Assembly (NCBI GenBank): GCA_048498775.1
Contig: JBEHXI010000001.1
Location: 48,485 to 112,484, forward strand
DNA: 64,000 bases
Reading direction: 5' to 3'
Source of the DNA: Actinomycetota bacterium
GTDB lineage: Bacteria > Actinomycetota > Actinomycetes > Streptomycetales > Streptomycetaceae
The position numbers were made by a program, and so were the translations under genes. Below the pieces are notes generated by a model, which was not told the origin of the DNA, ran no database searches, and was given only the letters and a program-made list of their open reading frames with translations. Positions 19,205 through 28,391 of this stretch are shown piece by piece; the first letter of the stretch is position 1; each line of letters starts with the position of its first letter.

Positions 19205-19777
19205 ATGGCCGCCGATGTCATCACGATGATCACCACCGACCACCGCGAGCTTGAGCGGCTGTTCGATCTGATGCGCAAGGACCCCGGGTCCCGCCCGCTG
19301 GCACTGCCCCTGGCCGTCGCGATGCTCACCGCGCACAGCAGGGCCGAGGAGGAACACGTCTACCCGGTGGTGGCGAAGGAGGCGGGCGAGAAGGACGAGG
19401 CGCGGCACGGCACCGAGGAACACCACGAGGCGGAGGAACTCGGCCGCGCGCTGCTGGCGGAGGACCCCGAGTCCGATGCCTTCGCCAAGGGCCTGGAGAA
19501 GTTCATCGACGCCGTCCTCCACCACGTGAAGGAGGAGGAGGACGACATCCTGCCCGCGCTCAGGGACGCCGCCGGTCCCGACCGGCTGCGGCGACTCGGC
19601 GCTGACTTCGCCGAGCGCCGCGCGCGTGAGCTGACCGGCCGGGACCGGGCCGCGGGCAACGGCGGCAGGACCCGCGACGAGCTGTACGAACAGGCCCGGG
19701 AACTGGACGTGCCGGGCCGCTCGGCCATGACCAAGGAGGAACTCGCCCGCGAGGTGCGCAGGGCCGGCGCCAACTGA
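19205..19777 (+). CDS. hemerythrin HHE cation-binding domain protein with C-terminal Rho_N-like domain
   Basis: GGAAAGGA RBS. H/E-rich hemerythrin helices (TDHRELERLF, HSRAEEEHVYP, HHEAEEL, HHVKEEEDDILP). Terminal RTRDELYEQARELDVPGRSAMTKEELAREV resembles the Rho N-terminal/SAP-like motif. Confidence 0.8.
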   Translation: MAADVITMITTDHRELERLFDLMRKDPGSRPLALPLAVAMLTAHSRAEEEHVYPVVAKEAGEKDEARHGTEEHHEAEELGRALLAEDPESDAFAKGLEKFIDAVLHHVKEEEDDILPALRDAAGPDRLRRLGADFAERRARELTGRDRAAGNGGRTRDELYEQARELDVPGRSAMTKEELAREVRRAGAN

Positions 19778-19826
19778 CCCGCAGCGCGCCGCCGTTGCCC
19801 GCCGCGCGGCCCGGACCCGGAAGCCG

Positions 19827-20459
19827 TCAGGCGGCGGGCACCGCCCGGATGACAGCGATATCGAACTGCAGGCGGACCTTCTCGCTGACCAGCGCGCCGC
19901 CGGTGGCCAGCCTGGCGTCGTAGGTCAGGCCCCAGTCCGAGCGGTTGATGGTGGTGGTGCCGTCGAAGCCGATCCGGTCGAAGCCGAACGGGTCGATGAC
20001 GTGGCCGATGTAGGTGAGGTCCAGGACGACGGGCCGGGTCACCCCCTTGATGGTCAGCCCGCCCGACATGCGGTACAGGTCCCGGCTGACGACCTCGACC
20101 CCGGTGCTGCGGAAGGACATCCGGGGATGTCTTGCCGCGTCGAAGAAGTCGGGACTGACCAGGTGGGCGTCGCGCTGCTGGACACCGGTGTCGACACTGC
20201 CGACGTTGATCACTATGTGGGCCTGGGAGCGCTCGGGCTGGTGCCCGTCCAGGTACAGCCGGCTGTCGTACTCGGTGAAGGCGCCTCGCACCGTGGTGAC
20301 CATCGCGTGCCGGACGGAGAAGCCGATCCTGCTGTGTGCGGGGTCGATGGCCCACTCTCCGGTCAGCTCCGTGAGGGCCGGATCGAACGCGGCGACGGCG
20401 GTGGCGGCCGGCGCGGCGTCGGTGTGGCGGTCCAGGGAACGGCGGTTGAACAGATTCAT
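19827..20459 (-). CDS. YceI-family polyisoprenoid-binding protein
   Basis: 210 aa. Motifs WAIDPAHSRIGFSVRHAMVTTVRGAF, DTGVQQRDAHL.SPDFFD, GLTIKGVTRPV. Confidence 0.88.
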   Translation of the reverse strand: MNLFNRRSLDRHTDAAPAATAVAAFDPALTELTGEWAIDPAHSRIGFSVRHAMVTTVRGAFTEYDSRLYLDGHQPERSQAHIVINVGSVDTGVQQRDAHLVSPDFFDAARHPRMSFRSTGVEVVSRDLYRMSGGLTIKGVTRPVVLDLTYIGHVIDPFGFDRIGFDGTTTINRSDWGLTYDARLATGGALVSEKVRLQFDIAVIRAVPAA

Positions 20460-20763
20460 GGCCGCGCTACTACCCCTTCGTAGGTGTCATACGTCCGCGA
20501 CGCGACGGTGGTCTTCCGACGCGTGTGTCCTCGGGCGACCGCGTCCGCGGTCGCCGCGGTGCCCGCGTGCCGCGGCGAACCGCCCGCGGTCCCACCGCGA
20601 CGGCCTGCGGCACCGGCGGGCGCTGTCCCGACCCGCCGTGCACCTGGTACGTACGGCACCGGCATGAGCCGGGCGCCGGGAGGGAGCCTAGCCGCAGTCG
20701 GCATCGGCGTCCCGTCCCCCGGCGCCCCGCGGCAGCTCAGGGTGGGTGCGATTCCCTTGCGGA

Positions 20764-21981
20764 TCAGGCGCGTTGCGGCACGGGGGCATCCTGGCACACC
20801 GGCCGGGCGGTGCGTTCCAGGCCGTGCGAGACGGCCGTCAGGACAAGACCCACCAGGGTCACCAGGGCGCCCACCCACGGGGTGGCGCCCAGGCCCAGCG
20901 GACTGTCCACGACGATCCCGCCGAGGACGGCGCCGCCGGCGATGCCGAGGTTGAAGGCGCTGATGTTCAGGGCGGAGGCGACGTTCGGGGCGCCCTCCGC
21001 CTGCTGGACGACCCGCAGTTGCAGACCGGGGACGGCGCCGAAGCCGGCGGCGCCGAGCAGGAAGACGGTGACGGCCGCGGCGACGCGGTCCCGGTCGGTG
21101 ACGGAGAGCACCGCCAGCACCGCGGCGAGCGCGGCGAGGGTGCCGAGCAGGGCACGGGTCACATGGCGGTCGGCGAGCCGGCCGCCGAGGGTGTTGCCCA
21201 CCACCAGCCCCAGGCCGAAGACGACGAGCAGCACGGTCACCATGGCCGGTCCGAAGCCGGTGATGTCCCGCAGGATCGGCGCGATGAAGGTGAAGGCGAC
21301 GAAGATGCCGCCGTAGCCGAAGAGGGTCATGGCCAGCGCGAGGAGGACCTGCGGGCGGCGCAGGACGCCGATCTCCCGGCGGATGCTCGGCGGCTGGGCC
21401 ACCGGCAGGCGCGGTACCAGGGCGGCGATCAGCGCGGCCGCCACGAGCCCCAGCACGGTGATGATCCGGAAGGTGGCCCGCCAGCCGAAGGCCTGGCCGA
21501 TCAGGGTCCCGGCCGGCACCCCGACGACGTTGGCGAGGGTCAGGCCGGTGAACATCATCGCGATGGCCGCCGCGGCGCGCCCCGGCGGGACGACCTCGGT
21601 GGCGACGACGGCCCCCACGGCGAAGAAGGTGCCGTGGGCCAGGGCGGCCACCACCCGCGACAGCATCAGCACCTCGTACGTCGGCGCGACGGCGCTGATC
21701 AGGTTGCCGACGACGAAGATCCCCATCAGCCCGAGCAGCAGCGTCTTGCGGTCGACGCGCCCGGTCAGGCCGGTCAGCAGCGGGGCGCCGACCGCGACCC
21801 CGGCGGCATAGCCGCTGACCAGCAGGCCGGCCCGGGACAGGGAGACATGCAGGTCGCGGCCGATCTCCGGCAGCAGCCCGGCGACGATGAACTCGGTCAT
21901 GCCGATGCCGAACGCGCCGACCATCAGGGCCGGCAGCGCCGCGGGCACCCGGCGGGCGGTGGGTGGGGACGACGTTCCCAT
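20764..21981 (-). CDS. MFS transporter (DHA1-like efflux family)
   Basis: 405 aa from MGTSSPPTARR, with GGAGG RBS at 6-nt spacing. 12 TM segments; MFS motif GRVDRKTLLL. Divergent from a MarR gene. Confidence 0.88.
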   Translation of the reverse strand: MGTSSPPTARRVPAALPALMVGAFGIGMTEFIVAGLLPEIGRDLHVSLSRAGLLVSGYAAGVAVGAPLLTGLTGRVDRKTLLLGLMGIFVVGNLISAVAPTYEVLMLSRVVAALAHGTFFAVGAVVATEVVPPGRAAAAIAMMFTGLTLANVVGVPAGTLIGQAFGWRATFRIITVLGLVAAALIAALVPRLPVAQPPSIRREIGVLRRPQVLLALAMTLFGYGGIFVAFTFIAPILRDITGFGPAMVTVLLVVFGLGLVVGNTLGGRLADRHVTRALLGTLAALAAVLAVLSVTDRDRVAAAVTVFLLGAAGFGAVPGLQLRVVQQAEGAPNVASALNISAFNLGIAGGAVLGGIVVDSPLGLGATPWVGALVTLVGLVLTAVSHGLERTARPVCQDAPVPQRA

Positions 21982-22147
21982 GAGGTACCTCCGGAATGAG
22001 ATATGCCGCGCATACAATGAGCGGCGCGCGCAATCAGAAGCGCGCGCAACCAAAAGTAGTTGCACACGCGCTTTATTACAAGCCGGTGGTAGAGTGGCCC
22101 CTGAGGCTGCGGAACGCGCGCGAGGGCACACGGCAAGGGGGCCGGAG

Positions 22148-22612
22148 ATGGGGATCACCGACGACGCCGTACAGATCCGCGCGCAGGGCTGGCGCACCCT
22201 GGCCGCGCTGCACGGGCTCATCGAGAACGCGCTGGAGCGCGAGTTGCAGGCCCGGCACCGGCTCTCCGTCGTGGAGTACACCGTGCTGGACGCCCTGTCC
22301 CGGCAGGACGGGTGGCACATGCGCATGCAGCAGCTGGCCCGCGCCGCCGCGCTCTCCCCCAGCGCCGCGACCCGGCTGGTGAACCGTCTTGAGGACCGCG
22401 CCCTGCTGACCCGGGTGCTGTGCAAGGAGGACCGGCGCGGCATCTACACCGAGCTGACCGAGGCGGGCCGCGTCCTGCTCACCGAGGCCCGCCCGACCCA
22501 CGACGAGGTCCTGGCCGCCGTGCTCGACCAGGCCCAGCGGACCCCGGAACTCGCCCCGATCGCCGACGTCCTCCAGCGCGTCCCGCGGGCCGCACCGGTC
22601 GGCGACCGGTAG
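22148..22612 (+). CDS. MarR-family transcriptional regulator
   Basis: 154 aa. Winged-HTH block LSVVEYTVLDALSRQDGWHMRMQQLARAAALSPSAATRLVNRLEDRALLTR...DRRGIYTELT. Confidence 0.88.
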   Translation: MGITDDAVQIRAQGWRTLAALHGLIENALERELQARHRLSVVEYTVLDALSRQDGWHMRMQQLARAAALSPSAATRLVNRLEDRALLTRVLCKEDRRGIYTELTEAGRVLLTEARPTHDEVLAAVLDQAQRTPELAPIADVLQRVPRAAPVGDR

Positions 22613-22641
22613 GGCGCGCGAAGCCGCAGGCTCCGCGCGCC
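22613..22641. terminator. stem-loop between convergent MarR and pectinase genes
   Basis: GGCGCGCG-A-AGCC-GCA-GGCT-C-CGCGCGCC, starting directly after the MarR stop. Confidence 0.45.
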
Positions 22642-22649
22642 CCGGTGGT

Positions 22650-25073
22650 TCAGCAGCCCGCCGGGAACGGGGACGGCGCCCCGCCCCAGGGGCCGCCGTC
22701 CGTCCGCGTGACGGTGGTGTCGGTGCCGGACGGGTCCAGATCGGTGTGGCTCAGCGTGATGTCGGCGTACTGCGCCTGCGTCGCGGTGGCGTCGAAGTGG
22801 ACGTCCCGCAGGGTCAGTCCGAGCCGGTGGGCGGTGTCGTAGCCGTTGAGGACGGACACCGCCGACGGGGCCGAGTCGGTGGCCCGGGCGCCGGTGACGG
22901 TGATGGACCGGAAGTCGGGGACGGGCCCGCCGGTCGGCGTCGCGTAGGAGTAGTTCGGGTCGATGTCGATCAGGTACCGCACGTCGCGCATGCAGGTGCC
23001 GGCGTAGGTGACGTGGGTGACGGGCCCGCCGGCGCCGGGGTAGCTCTTGACGCGGATGCCGTTGTTCAGCGTGCTGTAGGTGCCGGTGGCGTCCTTGCCG
23101 TCCACGAGGTTGCCGGTGAAGAGGATCGAGTCCAGTCCGTAGGTGGTGCCGCTGCCGATGGACAGGCCGTGGGTGCCGTAGCAGCGCAGCCCGCGCACGG
23201 TGACGGCGGACTCGGCCGAGGAGTTGGTGGTCAGGGCCACGCAGTCGTCGCCGTCGTGGATCCAGGAGTCGGCGATGGTGGACTCGGTGGAGGAGTCCAG
23301 GTCGACGCCGTCGGTGTTGAGGGTGGTGTCCGGGGTGTCGACCCGCAGCCCCCACACGGTGGCGCCGATGGACTGCGAGATGAACAGGTGCTGCTTGGGC
23401 GAGTTGACCAGGGTCAGGTCGTAGGCGGTGAAGCCGTCGGCCCGGTTCGCCTGGACCAGGCGCGGGTTGACCTGCTTGAGCCCCTCCTTCTTCGCGGTGA
23501 CCGCCTGGTCCCACCAGGAGGCGGTGGTTCCGAGGACGGGCAGGTCACCGCGGCCGTCGATGGTGCCCTGACGGCCGTGGGCGCGGACCCCCTCGACGCC
23601 GGAGCCGCGGCCGGTGACGGTGACGAACGCGGCGCACCCGCTGCTGCTCGTCCCGATCGAGCCGCAGACGGCCTTGCCCGGCTGCTGGTAGCGGGCGGCA
23701 TCCCGGCTCGCGTAGAGGGTGACGTCGGCGTCGAGCACCAGGTGTTCGCCGGCGTGCACGGTCAGCGGCGCGGACAGGAAGGCGGTGCGCGATCCGCCGC
23801 CGGTCAGCCGCACCGCCTGCCCGGTGCCCGCGCAGGCGTCGAGCGCGGCCTGGATCCTCGCGGTGTCCGGCGGGGCGGCCTCGTCGGCGGCGCTGAACGT
23901 CCGGGTGCCCGACGGCAGTTCGGCCGCCACGCTGTCGCATGTGGCGGGAAGGGACGGCGCGTGGACCGGCCGCCGGTCGCCGAGGGACGGCGGGGCGGCG
24001 GTGGGCGGCGCGACGGGGTTCCAGGAGTCGCTGCCCGCCAGGTAGGCCGTCGCGGTGTACCGGGCGGCGGTGGCGCCGTCCAGCTGCGGGCGGGCGGCCG
24101 AGGCCGTGGTGGCGGCACCGGGACCGGAGTCGCCGTACTCGCCGTAGCGGCCGGCCGTCCAGCCGGCGCCGGAGATGCCGAGCCAGGGCGTGGTGGTGCT
24201 GACGGCCTGCGGCAGCACGGTGTCGCGGATGACGACCTGCGGGTCCGCCGAGGTGTTCGGCCGCCAGGCCCTGCCGAGGTACAGCGTGCCGTTGCCGAGC
24301 GTGGTGTTGACGGTGGAGCCGGTGAGCAGGATGCCGTAGGCGTGGGTGGACCAGGTGGCGGGCGCGGTCAGGTAGGCGGCGCTGTAGATGCCGTCGTTCA
24401 ACGCGTTGACGGCCGAGCGGTCCACCACCAGGGTGCCGTTGCCGAAGATGAAGTCCACGTCGCCGTCGATCTCGGAGCCGTAGACGTACTGGCGCGTCTG
24501 GGCGCCGGGGTCGCGGCTCCAGGTGAGCAGGGTGTCCTGGTGCCCGTGGAAGACGTCGTCGCGGTAGACCTGCCGGTCGCCCTCCATGGCGATGGCGACG
24601 GCCTGGGTGTGGGTGGAGCCGACCTCCGGGTGCCGGGTCTTGTCGAAGGTGTTGGCGAAGGTGACGTGCTCGGCGGTGAAGTCGCTCGCCAGGGCGTGGA
24701 CGGTGGCGGAGCCCTCGGTGCCGTAGGGCTGCCCGGTCGACGGGTCGGTCTCGCCGTTGTAGTGCCCGGCGGTGATGGTGACGTCGGCGGGGTTGCCGGT
24801 GGCGCCTTCGAGGGTCAGGTGGGTCTTGGCCGCCGGGATGGTGAGCGTCTCCTGGTAGGTGCCGGCGGCCACCGAGATGACGTACGGCCGGGCCGGGTTG
24901 TCGGGCACGGCGTTCACCGCCGCCTGGACGCTGGTGTACTCCGCGCCGCCGTGGGCGACGGTCAGCACGACCGGGACGTGCGGGCCCGCGTCGGCGAGGG
25001 CGGTGGGCAGGGGACCGCACAGCACGAGTGCGGGGATGCCGAGGAGTCCGGCGAGTATCCGGCGTGGTCGCAT
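22650..25073 (-). CDS. secreted bifunctional pectinesterase (CE8) / polygalacturonase (GH28)
   Basis: 807 aa from MRPRRILAGLLG, with GAGGA RBS and a signal peptide. CE8 motifs QAVAIA, HGHQDTL, GDVDFIFG, LGRAW. GH28 motifs NTDGVDL, HDGDDCVA, GTHGLSIGS, GIRVKS. Confidence 0.85.
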   Translation of the reverse strand: MRPRRILAGLLGIPALVLCGPLPTALADAGPHVPVVLTVAHGGAEYTSVQAAVNAVPDNPARPYVISVAAGTYQETLTIPAAKTHLTLEGATGNPADVTITAGHYNGETDPSTGQPYGTEGSATVHALASDFTAEHVTFANTFDKTRHPEVGSTHTQAVAIAMEGDRQVYRDDVFHGHQDTLLTWSRDPGAQTRQYVYGSEIDGDVDFIFGNGTLVVDRSAVNALNDGIYSAAYLTAPATWSTHAYGILLTGSTVNTTLGNGTLYLGRAWRPNTSADPQVVIRDTVLPQAVSTTTPWLGISGAGWTAGRYGEYGDSGPGAATTASAARPQLDGATAARYTATAYLAGSDSWNPVAPPTAAPPSLGDRRPVHAPSLPATCDSVAAELPSGTRTFSAADEAAPPDTARIQAALDACAGTGQAVRLTGGGSRTAFLSAPLTVHAGEHLVLDADVTLYASRDAARYQQPGKAVCGSIGTSSSGCAAFVTVTGRGSGVEGVRAHGRQGTIDGRGDLPVLGTTASWWDQAVTAKKEGLKQVNPRLVQANRADGFTAYDLTLVNSPKQHLFISQSIGATVWGLRVDTPDTTLNTDGVDLDSSTESTIADSWIHDGDDCVALTTNSSAESAVTVRGLRCYGTHGLSIGSGTTYGLDSILFTGNLVDGKDATGTYSTLNNGIRVKSYPGAGGPVTHVTYAGTCMRDVRYLIDIDPNYSYATPTGGPVPDFRSITVTGARATDSAPSAVSVLNGYDTAHRLGLTLRDVHFDATATQAQYADITLSHTDLDPSGTDTTVTRTDGGPWGGAPSPFPAGC

Positions 25074-25104
25074 GGGTTTCCTCACCCTGGCATTGATATG
25101 ACAT

Positions 25105-25120
25105 ACGTCAGGTCTGACGT
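25105..25120. promoter_or_regulatory. 16-bp palindrome ACGTCAGGTCTGACGT upstream of the pectinase gene
   Basis: Perfect 7+7 palindrome inside a locally AT-rich patch (about 25090-25132), 32 nt upstream of the pectinase start codon. No cognate regulator identified. Confidence 0.3.
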
Positions 25121-25285
25121 CTGATATACGATCGCGGCCGGGCCATGGGCCGTCAATAGGTGTGCAGCCGCCGACCTCCGGCCCGCGCGCCGGGGCCCTT
25201 CGGCACGTATCCGCGCGGCGCGCACCGGCGTTTGCTGGAGTCCGCCGCACACCGGGAGGGGCGGCACGACCGGCTGGAGGACGCC

Positions 25286-26218
25286 ATGCCCGCACCCCGC
25301 ACCACCCGCCTGGCGGCACTCGCCGCCGCGTTGCTGCTGCCGGCCGCCATCTCCGCCTGCGGGGGCGGCGGTTCACCGGCCGGACCGGCGTCCGGTTCCC
25401 CCACCGTCAGCGGCACGGCCGGGCCGTCCTCGGCCGCACCCGGCGCCACCGCATCGGGCGGTACCTCGGGCGGCGCGTCCGGCGGCCCCGCGGCGACCAC
25501 CCCGGCCACCGTGCAGGCGTCGGTGTACTTCCTGGACGGCGAGCACCTGTCCCCCGCGCACCGCCGGGTGGTGCCGCCCGGCACCGCCGCCGGAGCGGTG
25601 CGCGCCCTGCTCACCGGCCCCAGCGCCGCCGAGCGGGCGGCGGGCCGCGGCACCGCGATCCCGCCCGGCACCGCCCTGCGCGGCCTGTCGGTGCACGCGG
25701 CGACAGCCACCGTGGACCTCTCCGGCCGCTTCGACGACGGCGGCGGCAGCGCCTCCCTGCGGGCCCGCCTCGCCCAGGTCGTCTTCACCGTCACCCAGTA
25801 CCCGGCCATCCAGCGGGTGTCGTTCGCCCTGGACGGCAAGCCGGTGAAGGTCTTCGGCGGGGAAGGCCTGATCCTGGACCACCCGGTGAACCGCGCCGAC
25901 TTCGAGGACGTCACCCCCGCGGTGCTGGTGGAGTCCCCCGCACTCGGCGACACGGTGCGCAGCCCGCTGCGGGTGCGGGGCACCGCGAACGTCTTCGAGG
26001 CCCGGTTCCGGCTGCGGCTGACCGACGCCTCCGGGCACACGGTGGCCGACGTCCCCGTACAGGCCACCTCAGGCACCGGGACCCGCGGCTCCTTCGACGT
26101 GACGCTGCGCTTCCCGGGCGCCCGGACCGGCCGTGGCCTGCTGACCGCCTACTACTCCTCCCCCAAGGACGGCAGCCCGGTCACCGTGGCCCGCGTTCCG
26201 GTCGAGCTGACCCGGTGA
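25286..26218 (+). CDS. lipoprotein with GerMN and Gmad2 (Ig-like) domains
   Basis: GGAGG RBS. Lipobox LLLPAAISAC followed by a Gly/Ser/Ala/Pro linker. GerMN-like block (VYFLDGEHL...ALLTGPSAAERAAG...TVDLSGRF...VVFTVTQYP), then a Gmad2-like C-terminus. Confidence 0.75.
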   Translation: MPAPRTTRLAALAAALLLPAAISACGGGGSPAGPASGSPTVSGTAGPSSAAPGATASGGTSGGASGGPAATTPATVQASVYFLDGEHLSPAHRRVVPPGTAAGAVRALLTGPSAAERAAGRGTAIPPGTALRGLSVHAATATVDLSGRFDDGGGSASLRARLAQVVFTVTQYPAIQRVSFALDGKPVKVFGGEGLILDHPVNRADFEDVTPAVLVESPALGDTVRSPLRVRGTANVFEARFRLRLTDASGHTVADVPVQATSGTGTRGSFDVTLRFPGARTGRGLLTAYYSSPKDGSPVTVARVPVELTR

Positions 26219-26254
26219 GACGAGGCCCTGCCGCGCGCGGGAGGCCGTACGGGG

Positions 26255-27211
26255 TCAGACCCGGGCGAGCAGTTCCTCCTCCTCCCGCTCGGACAGCCCC
26301 GCCCGCAACGGCGGTTCACCCCGCTCCCGGTCCCAGGCCAGCACGTCGGCCGCGGTGACCGCCGGCGGGGTCGCGGGCAGTCCGGCGGCCCGGGCGCGCG
26401 CCGGACTGCGCTGCTGGGCGGCCCAGTCCTTCCGCACCAGCGGGAACATCGGCGGTACGGACTCGGGCGGCACCGGCACGATCTCCACGGCGCTGCCCGC
26501 CACCCGCGCGCAGGTCTCGATCAGCCCGCCGAGCGTGACCGGCTCGGCCGGGCCCACGGCGTGGAACGCGCCCGGCCGGTCGTCGGCCAGCAGCCGCACC
26601 ACGAGGGCGGCCAGGTCCCGTGAGTCGACGACCTGCACCGGCTGCTCGGGGCGGCCGGGCAGGGCCACCCGGCCGCCGCGGGCCGCCCGGCGCACCCAGT
26701 AGGTGAACATGTCCGACGGGTCGTGCGGCCCGGCGACCTTCCCCGGCCGCACGATCGTGGCGCGCTGCCCGTACCGGGCGACGACGTCGTCCTCGCAGGC
26801 CACCTTCAAAGGCCCGTAGGTGGCCTCGCTGAGCTCCTCGGTGTCGCGCACCGCGGGCCGGCGCGGGGTGTCCTCGTCCGAGCCCGGCCCGACGCCCTCG
26901 CGGACGTAGACCGCGTGGCTGGAGACGAACAGATACCGCCCGGCCCGGTCGCCCAGCGCGTCCATCGCCTGCCCGACGTGCCGTGGGACGAATCCGCTGA
27001 CGTCGACGACCGCGTCCCACCTGCCGCCGCGCAGCGCCGAGTAGTCCCCGGTGGCCCGGTCGCCGGTCAGCCGCGGCACCTCGGGGAACAGCTCCGGGCC
27101 GGTCCTGCCGCGGTGGAAACACGTCACCTCGTTGCCCTGGCGCAGCGCCTCCGCCACGATCTCCCGGCCCACGAACGACGTCCCGCCCAACACCAGGATG
27201 CGCACGGTCAC
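26255..27211 (-). CDS. NAD-dependent epimerase/dehydratase (extended SDR) family protein
   Basis: 318 aa with N-terminal Rossmann motif ILVLGGTSFVGREIV. Its GTG start overlaps the stop of the upstream Lrp gene (GTGA). Confidence 0.85.
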   Translation of the reverse strand: MTVRILVLGGTSFVGREIVAEALRQGNEVTCFHRGRTGPELFPEVPRLTGDRATGDYSALRGGRWDAVVDVSGFVPRHVGQAMDALGDRAGRYLFVSSHAVYVREGVGPGSDEDTPRRPAVRDTEELSEATYGPLKVACEDDVVARYGQRATIVRPGKVAGPHDPSDMFTYWVRRAARGGRVALPGRPEQPVQVVDSRDLAALVVRLLADDRPGAFHAVGPAEPVTLGGLIETCARVAGSAVEIVPVPPESVPPMFPLVRKDWAAQQRSPARARAAGLPATPPAVTAADVLAWDRERGEPPLRAGLSEREEEELLARV

Positions 27212-28251
27212 CGACCCTGGCCGGGCTCGGACCAGATGTCGGGCGGAACGACGCCGGTGGACCGCCCGTGCGGGTCCAGCAGGTGGCCCAGGAGCTTGTC
27301 GTGCCGCAGCACGATGGTGCGGTCCACGACGTCCAGACTCGGGTGGGCGCCCGCGATCTGGGTCTCGAAGCGCAGCACGTCGGAGACGGAGTGCAGGCTC
27401 GCCTCCAGGATGAGGTTGTGCGGACCGCTGACCGCCGCGCAGTTGCGGGTCTCCGGCCGCCGCACCAGGGCGTGCCCGACCTCGGGCAGGTCCGCGGGCG
27501 GCACCCGCGCCCAGATGGTCGCGGCGACCGGCCAGCCGCCGAGCGGGCGGGCGAAGTCGCAGCGGAATCCCAGCAGTCCGGCGTGCGTGAGCCGGCCGAC
27601 GCGCCGCTTGACGGTGGAGGCGCCGGCGCCCAGCTCGGCGGCCAGCGACTGGTAGGAGGCCCGGCCGTCGCGCACCAGCAGGCCGAGGAGCGCCCGGTCG
27701 GACGCGGTGATCTCACCCGGCCCCCGTCCGGCGGGCGTCCGGTCCGGCGCCGCGGTCAGCTGGGCGCGCTGCCCCGGGTCGAGCGCGGCGACCCGCCAGC
27801 GGCCGCCCTCGGTGAACATGTGCGTCACGATCCGCGCGCGGACCGCGGTCACCCCGGGGATCGCCGGAAGGCGGTCGAGGGTGTAGCGGGACATGGCGGG
27901 CAGATCACGGGTCGCGACGGTGGCGAGGATGTCGTGGCCGCCGGCCATCCGCGCGAGGGTGAGCACATGGGGATGGCCGCCCAGGGTCCCGGCCACGGCC
28001 GTGGCGCTGCCGAGCGCGCAGTCGATCTCGATGAACGCGGCACAGACCTGCTCGAACAGCCGGGGTCCCGGCGAGACGCCCACCCATGCCTCACCGCGCC
28101 GGGTCAGACGGCTCCAGCGCCTGGCCACCGTGACCGGATCCACCCCCAGGGCGCGGCCGAGGACGCTCCACGAGGCGCGCGGCTGCAACTGGAGCGCGTG
28201 GATGAGCGCCAGGTCGTCCTCGCTCAGCGGATGGACCGTATCCTGCACCAC
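27208..28251 (-). CDS. tandem-fused Lrp/AsnC-family transcriptional regulator (two HTH plus RAM units)
   Basis: About 347 aa. Two successive AsnC-type HTH blocks ([33 protein letters not shown] and [33 protein letters not shown]), each followed by a RAM-like domain. The start (GTG 28251 or 28248) is uncertain. Confidence 0.8.
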   Translation of the reverse strand: MVQDTVHPLSEDDLALIHALQLQPRASWSVLGRALGVDPVTVARRWSRLTRRGEAWVGVSPGPRLFEQVCAAFIEIDCALGSATAVAGTLGGHPHVLTLARMAGGHDILATVATRDLPAMSRYTLDRLPAIPGVTAVRARIVTHMFTEGGRWRVAALDPGQRAQLTAAPDRTPAGRGPGEITASDRALLGLLVRDGRASYQSLAAELGAGASTVKRRVGRLTHAGLLGFRCDFARPLGGWPVAATIWARVPPADLPEVGHALVRRPETRNCAAVSGPHNLILEASLHSVSDVLRFETQIAGAHPSLDVVDRTIVLRHDKLLGHLLDPHGRSTGVVPPDIWSEPGQGR

Positions 28252-28391
28252 GCCCGCCTTTCCTGCGGGATTCCTGCGATCGAAGCGTCGGCAGCGGCCA
28301 GTATCGCACTGTGGTCGGCGGCACCGGGGGTGCCCGGCGCGCGGTGCGCGGTTCACAGCGGTATGCGGTTCACAACGGAAGAGGGCTGTCG

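Noticed and set aside
21982-22147. MarR operator or promoter in the MFS/MarR divergent region.
   Set aside because: The only palindromes are trivial GCGCGC runs. The TTGCAC and TAGAGT hexamers are 24 nt apart, so no convincing promoter or operator could be defined by eye.
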